IMG/VR virus record: IMGVR_UViG_2974724611_000001 | Location: 12,650-76,649 of that record | Direction: 5' to 3' (one strand) | Length of the DNA stretch: 64,000 nt | From: Cinqassovirus ah1 | Lineage: Duplodnaviria; Heunggongvirae; Uroviricota; Caudoviricetes; Straboviridae | Program-made: the position numbers and the translations under genes | In this document: piece by piece, positions 61,386-64,000 of the stretch | How positions within the stretch are numbered: position 1 is the stretch's first letter | Layout of the letters: each line of letters opens with the position of its first letter | The notes under the pieces: generated by a model | What the model was told of the DNA's origin: nothing | What the model saw: only the letters and a program-made list of their open reading frames with translations | Database searches by the model: none

Positions 61386-61688
61386 TTATTTTTGAACTTT
61401 TTTCTGTTGCTTCTGGATTTCTTTCCAGACTTGCTTTTGCAGCTTTTCGCGGCAGCCGTTCTTGTTCATCAGATAATCGTTGGTGATCTTCTGTTGAGCG
61501 TGGAACCAGTGGGCAACAGCTTCACTAAGAATAACACGTTGTTCGGCTTCTGGGAGTTTCTTGAACTTCTCAATACCGAAGTATTTGATACGAGATACAA
61601 CACCGTTTGTCATACGCTCCAGAGCATCACGATTCACATTAAACTGCTTTGCGATTGCGTCGAATTGTGCTTGAATTGCCATGTCCAT
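61386..61688 (-). CDS. Hypothetical protein
   Basis: 100 aa. Start at MDMAIQ behind a cassette. Confidence 0.5.
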   Translation of the reverse strand: MDMAIQAQFDAIAKQFNVNRDALERMTNGVVSRIKYFGIEKFKKLPEAEQRVILSEAVAHWFHAQQKITNDYLMNKNGCREKLQKQVWKEIQKQQKKVQK

Positions 61689-61771
61689 GATGTTTTCCTC
61701 AGTGTTTTGTTTTGCGACGAGTCGCGTTGTTTCGATGTGGACATCATAACAGGCCGATCCTTGCTGTCAAC
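61686..61771 (-). promoter_or_regulatory. Early promoter–leader cassette
   Basis: GTTGAC (61771-61766), 17 nt, TATGAT (61748-61743), GTCCACATCGAAAC...GCGACgagTCGC...GAGGAAAACATCATG. Confidence 0.5.
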
Positions 61772-61800
61772 AAAAAAAGGCACCCGAAGGTGCCTTTTAT
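61772..61800 (-). terminator. Rho-independent terminator, UUCG tetraloop
   Basis: AAAAGGCACC-UUCG-GGUGCCUUUUUUUG. Confidence 0.6.
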
Positions 61801-61802
61801 TT

Positions 61803-63977
61803 TTATAGCTGTTCGGTGAGTTTCAGATAGTCTTTCAACTCTTTGCCTTTCAGCTTCTTACACGCTGAATACTCGCGGTACTCTGTGCGCTTGGCTGGGA
61901 TATAGACACGAACGTATCCGTCATCCTCGTTGCCACCTTCGATTTTGATCCCAGAAGGGAAATCGACTTTCTTGGGTTCCACGTACTCAAGACGTCCGTT
62001 CTTCAATCTCGGCAATTCGCCGTCTCGGAAAGAATACACGATATAATCTTGAACACCGGAACGCTTGGATTCGGTAAGTAGTTCACTGAACTTCATTGTT
62101 TTACTTTCTTCCAATGTTCCCTTCATTTTCTCTTGATATGCTTTGAACTTGTCGTATCGATTCAGTTCAACCTCATAGCATTTTAGAATTCGCAGTTGTT
62201 TTTCTGGACTAAACACTGCCCATTCTGGACTGATTACGTTTGATTTTGATGTTGCATTAGGCACACCAGCAGAACGATAATCCTTGATAGGCTGACCCAG
62301 AATAGATTCCATTTCGAAAACATACCCACGGGTACCAGCTTGACGTCCATAACCGGAGTTACCAACGTATTGCAAGATCTTATCAATCTTGTTACTAAAG
62401 TAAATCCCGTCACCAAGCATACGTCCAACAACAGATGAATCCTTGCTAGGAATAATCTTGAAGCCGTAACGCAAGATCATGTTAGCAGCGATACCACCGG
62501 TTCCGTGGAAACATGGAACAACTTGTTCAAGTTTACCAGCGTCGATCTGTTCTTGCATGAACTTTTTGAATTCACCGTCTGGGAAACTCACGGTCATACT
62601 ACGCAGAATTAGAGGATAAACGTTACCGTGTTTACCAGCGTAATAGTTATCGATCAAATGCTTACCAATCAGGTATTTCTGTTCGTTGGTAATATTGTCG
62701 TCAACTGCTTTAACTTTCGGAACAACACCGTCACCTTTCGCAGCTTCGGCTTCCACACGCTTGATATAATCGGTGAACTTCTCATTCTTGCCGAGTTTGA
62801 TCTTCGCTTGTTTCACCAACTCAGTTGGGTTAATTTCGTTAAACTCAAACATCTGCTTAACACGACGACGATCCAACTTGTCGAACAAGTTAATTGGACC
62901 CTCAAGAACTTGTCCGTAAACAAACTTGATTGCAGCCAATTGATCTCGCACTTTACCACGATAATATGTTTCCAAGTTATCGAAGAAAATGTCCGTGATA
63001 GCAGGATCAGTTTCTACGGCGTCAGTCATAATGTCTACCAATGCTTGTTGCATACCTTGCTTATGATCACGAACACTGATAGATTTACCGTTCTCGGCGT
63101 TAAAGAACTTAAATCCGTTCTTAACTTCAAGCTTCATGAATTCTACCGCGTCTTCTCCATCAAAATCATAATATTTCAGGAAAGCGGAGTAAAGATTATC
63201 ATACTTACTGTTTTTATTGATGCCAAGATCGTAAATGTCCAGATCTTTGCCTAGTGCTCTGTATCCACCAAGGAAAATCTTTTGTCTGTATTCGGGCATT
63301 GTACCACGATTCGACATAAAGAAAATTCGAGTCTTAGCACCCGCGTTTGGAGTTCCCTTGATTTTATTGATAACATATTCAGCACCAGCAGCAACGTCGC
63401 TTTCACCATGAATGAAGGCAGCGGACATCAAAGCGTTTTCTTGCTCTTCCCAAGAAGAACCCACGCTGGTATCTTTTGTGATATATGCATCCAATGCGTC
63501 TCTAACTCGCTGCTTCATGCTTGGTACCATGTTATAAGCCATAGCATTAACACGATTCGGGAAAATAACACCAAGCTCAAGAGCACGAATAACACACTTA
63601 GCAATCATGGAAACATCTGCCGCGTCCATGTTTTCTAGTGGATATTCAACTGAACTCTTATAAGAGTCTTTTACTCGCTTGATTGTATCAACGAAATCCG
63701 CGTCATCGAGTGCGTACAGTTTAGTCCAATGATCGTTGATGAACGAGAAATCGGCGTTGGCTTTATTCGCGGGAGTCAACAGAAACTCAAGTCCATGACG
63801 ACACATCGAAACTTTGTTATTTGCGTTCCAGGAATCCCATTTATAAGGAGGATATACTCGCTTGTATCTTTCCAGCACGTAACTCGTTACTGTATCCCAA
63901 CCAATCATATCAGCAAATGAGCCGTCAAACAACAGAGATTTGAAAGCATCCGATAGATAGCTAGAATAGGACATCAT
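61803..63977 (-). CDS. Large protein with a C-terminal PARP-like (H-Y-E) ADP-ribosyltransferase domain; Alt-like candidate injected effector
   Basis: 724 aa. The C-terminal ~130 aa carries VPCFHGTGGIAANMILRYGF (H-G-T), GDGIYFSNKIDKILQY (matching PARP GKGIYFAD) and YVFEMES (catalytic Glu). The 5' end may extend past the window. Confidence 0.55.
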   Translation of the reverse strand: MMSYSSYLSDAFKSLLFDGSFADMIGWDTVTSYVLERYKRVYPPYKWDSWNANNKVSMCRHGLEFLLTPANKANADFSFINDHWTKLYALDDADFVDTIKRVKDSYKSSVEYPLENMDAADVSMIAKCVIRALELGVIFPNRVNAMAYNMVPSMKQRVRDALDAYITKDTSVGSSWEEQENALMSAAFIHGESDVAAGAEYVINKIKGTPNAGAKTRIFFMSNRGTMPEYRQKIFLGGYRALGKDLDIYDLGINKNSKYDNLYSAFLKYYDFDGEDAVEFMKLEVKNGFKFFNAENGKSISVRDHKQGMQQALVDIMTDAVETDPAITDIFFDNLETYYRGKVRDQLAAIKFVYGQVLEGPINLFDKLDRRRVKQMFEFNEINPTELVKQAKIKLGKNEKFTDYIKRVEAEAAKGDGVVPKVKAVDDNITNEQKYLIGKHLIDNYYAGKHGNVYPLILRSMTVSFPDGEFKKFMQEQIDAGKLEQVVPCFHGTGGIAANMILRYGFKIIPSKDSSVVGRMLGDGIYFSNKIDKILQYVGNSGYGRQAGTRGYVFEMESILGQPIKDYRSAGVPNATSKSNVISPEWAVFSPEKQLRILKCYEVELNRYDKFKAYQEKMKGTLEESKTMKFSELLTESKRSGVQDYIVYSFRDGELPRLKNGRLEYVEPKKVDFPSGIKIEGGNEDDGYVRVYIPAKRTEYREYSACKKLKGKELKDYLKLTEQL

Positions 63978-64000
63978 ATAGACATAAGCAGTTGAAATTA

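Noticed and set aside
1-64000. Search for tRNA genes, CRISPR repeats and T4 late promoters (TATAAATA on the gene strand).
   Set aside because: No cloverleaf-compatible segment with a GTTCGA-type T-loop was seen. No regularly spaced direct repeats. No tatttata on the plus strand in intergenic positions. This is consistent with an early/middle-gene region.

Overview
This window is an early/middle-gene region of a T4-like (Tevenvirinae-type) myophage. Every supported gene lies on the minus strand.

The conserved core, in 5'->3' order of transcription (descending coordinates): NrdA, NrdB, NrdD (anaerobic RNR), NrdG, a GrcA/Y06I-like glycyl-radical cofactor, two glutaredoxins, the late sigma factor gp55, then Mre11/Rad50-like gp47 and gp46, RpbA-like, clamp gp45, clamp-loader gp44/gp62, RegA, DNA polymerase gp43 and the UvsX recombinase. 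Downstream of uvsX, at the window's left edge, is the 5' end of an HNH homing endonuclease. EndoVII (gp49) lies 5' of NrdA in the same direction.

From about 27 kb to the end is an accessory region of ~70 small or unknown ORFs. Many of these are each preceded by a stereotyped promoter–leader–SD cassette. Recognisable accessory genes include:
- a SprT-like Zn-protease and an SPFH/band-7 protein;
- two paralogous beta-class N6-adenine methyltransferases, one intact and one split in two by a terminator hairpin;
- a frameshifted HAD phosphatase and a frameshifted small alarmone (ppGpp) hydrolase;
- a cluster of secreted proteins and lipoproteins;
- NAMPT (NadV), and an outer-membrane beta-barrel protein;
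- a Pol-beta-type nucleotidyltransferase operon with membrane partners;
- a 724-aa protein with a PARP-like ADP-ribosyltransferase C-terminus.

No tRNA, CRISPR array or T4 late promoter (TATAAATA) was seen. Rho-independent terminators with UUCG or GAAA tetraloops are frequent.

The strongest candidate novelties are:
- a 28-aa type-IV-prepilin-like peptide translationally coupled downstream of nrdD;
- a ~125-bp inverted-repeat pair bracketing the 16-kb gp55–nrd module;
- the covarying-hairpin promoter cassette family;
- the split methyltransferase carrying a novel N-terminal domain.
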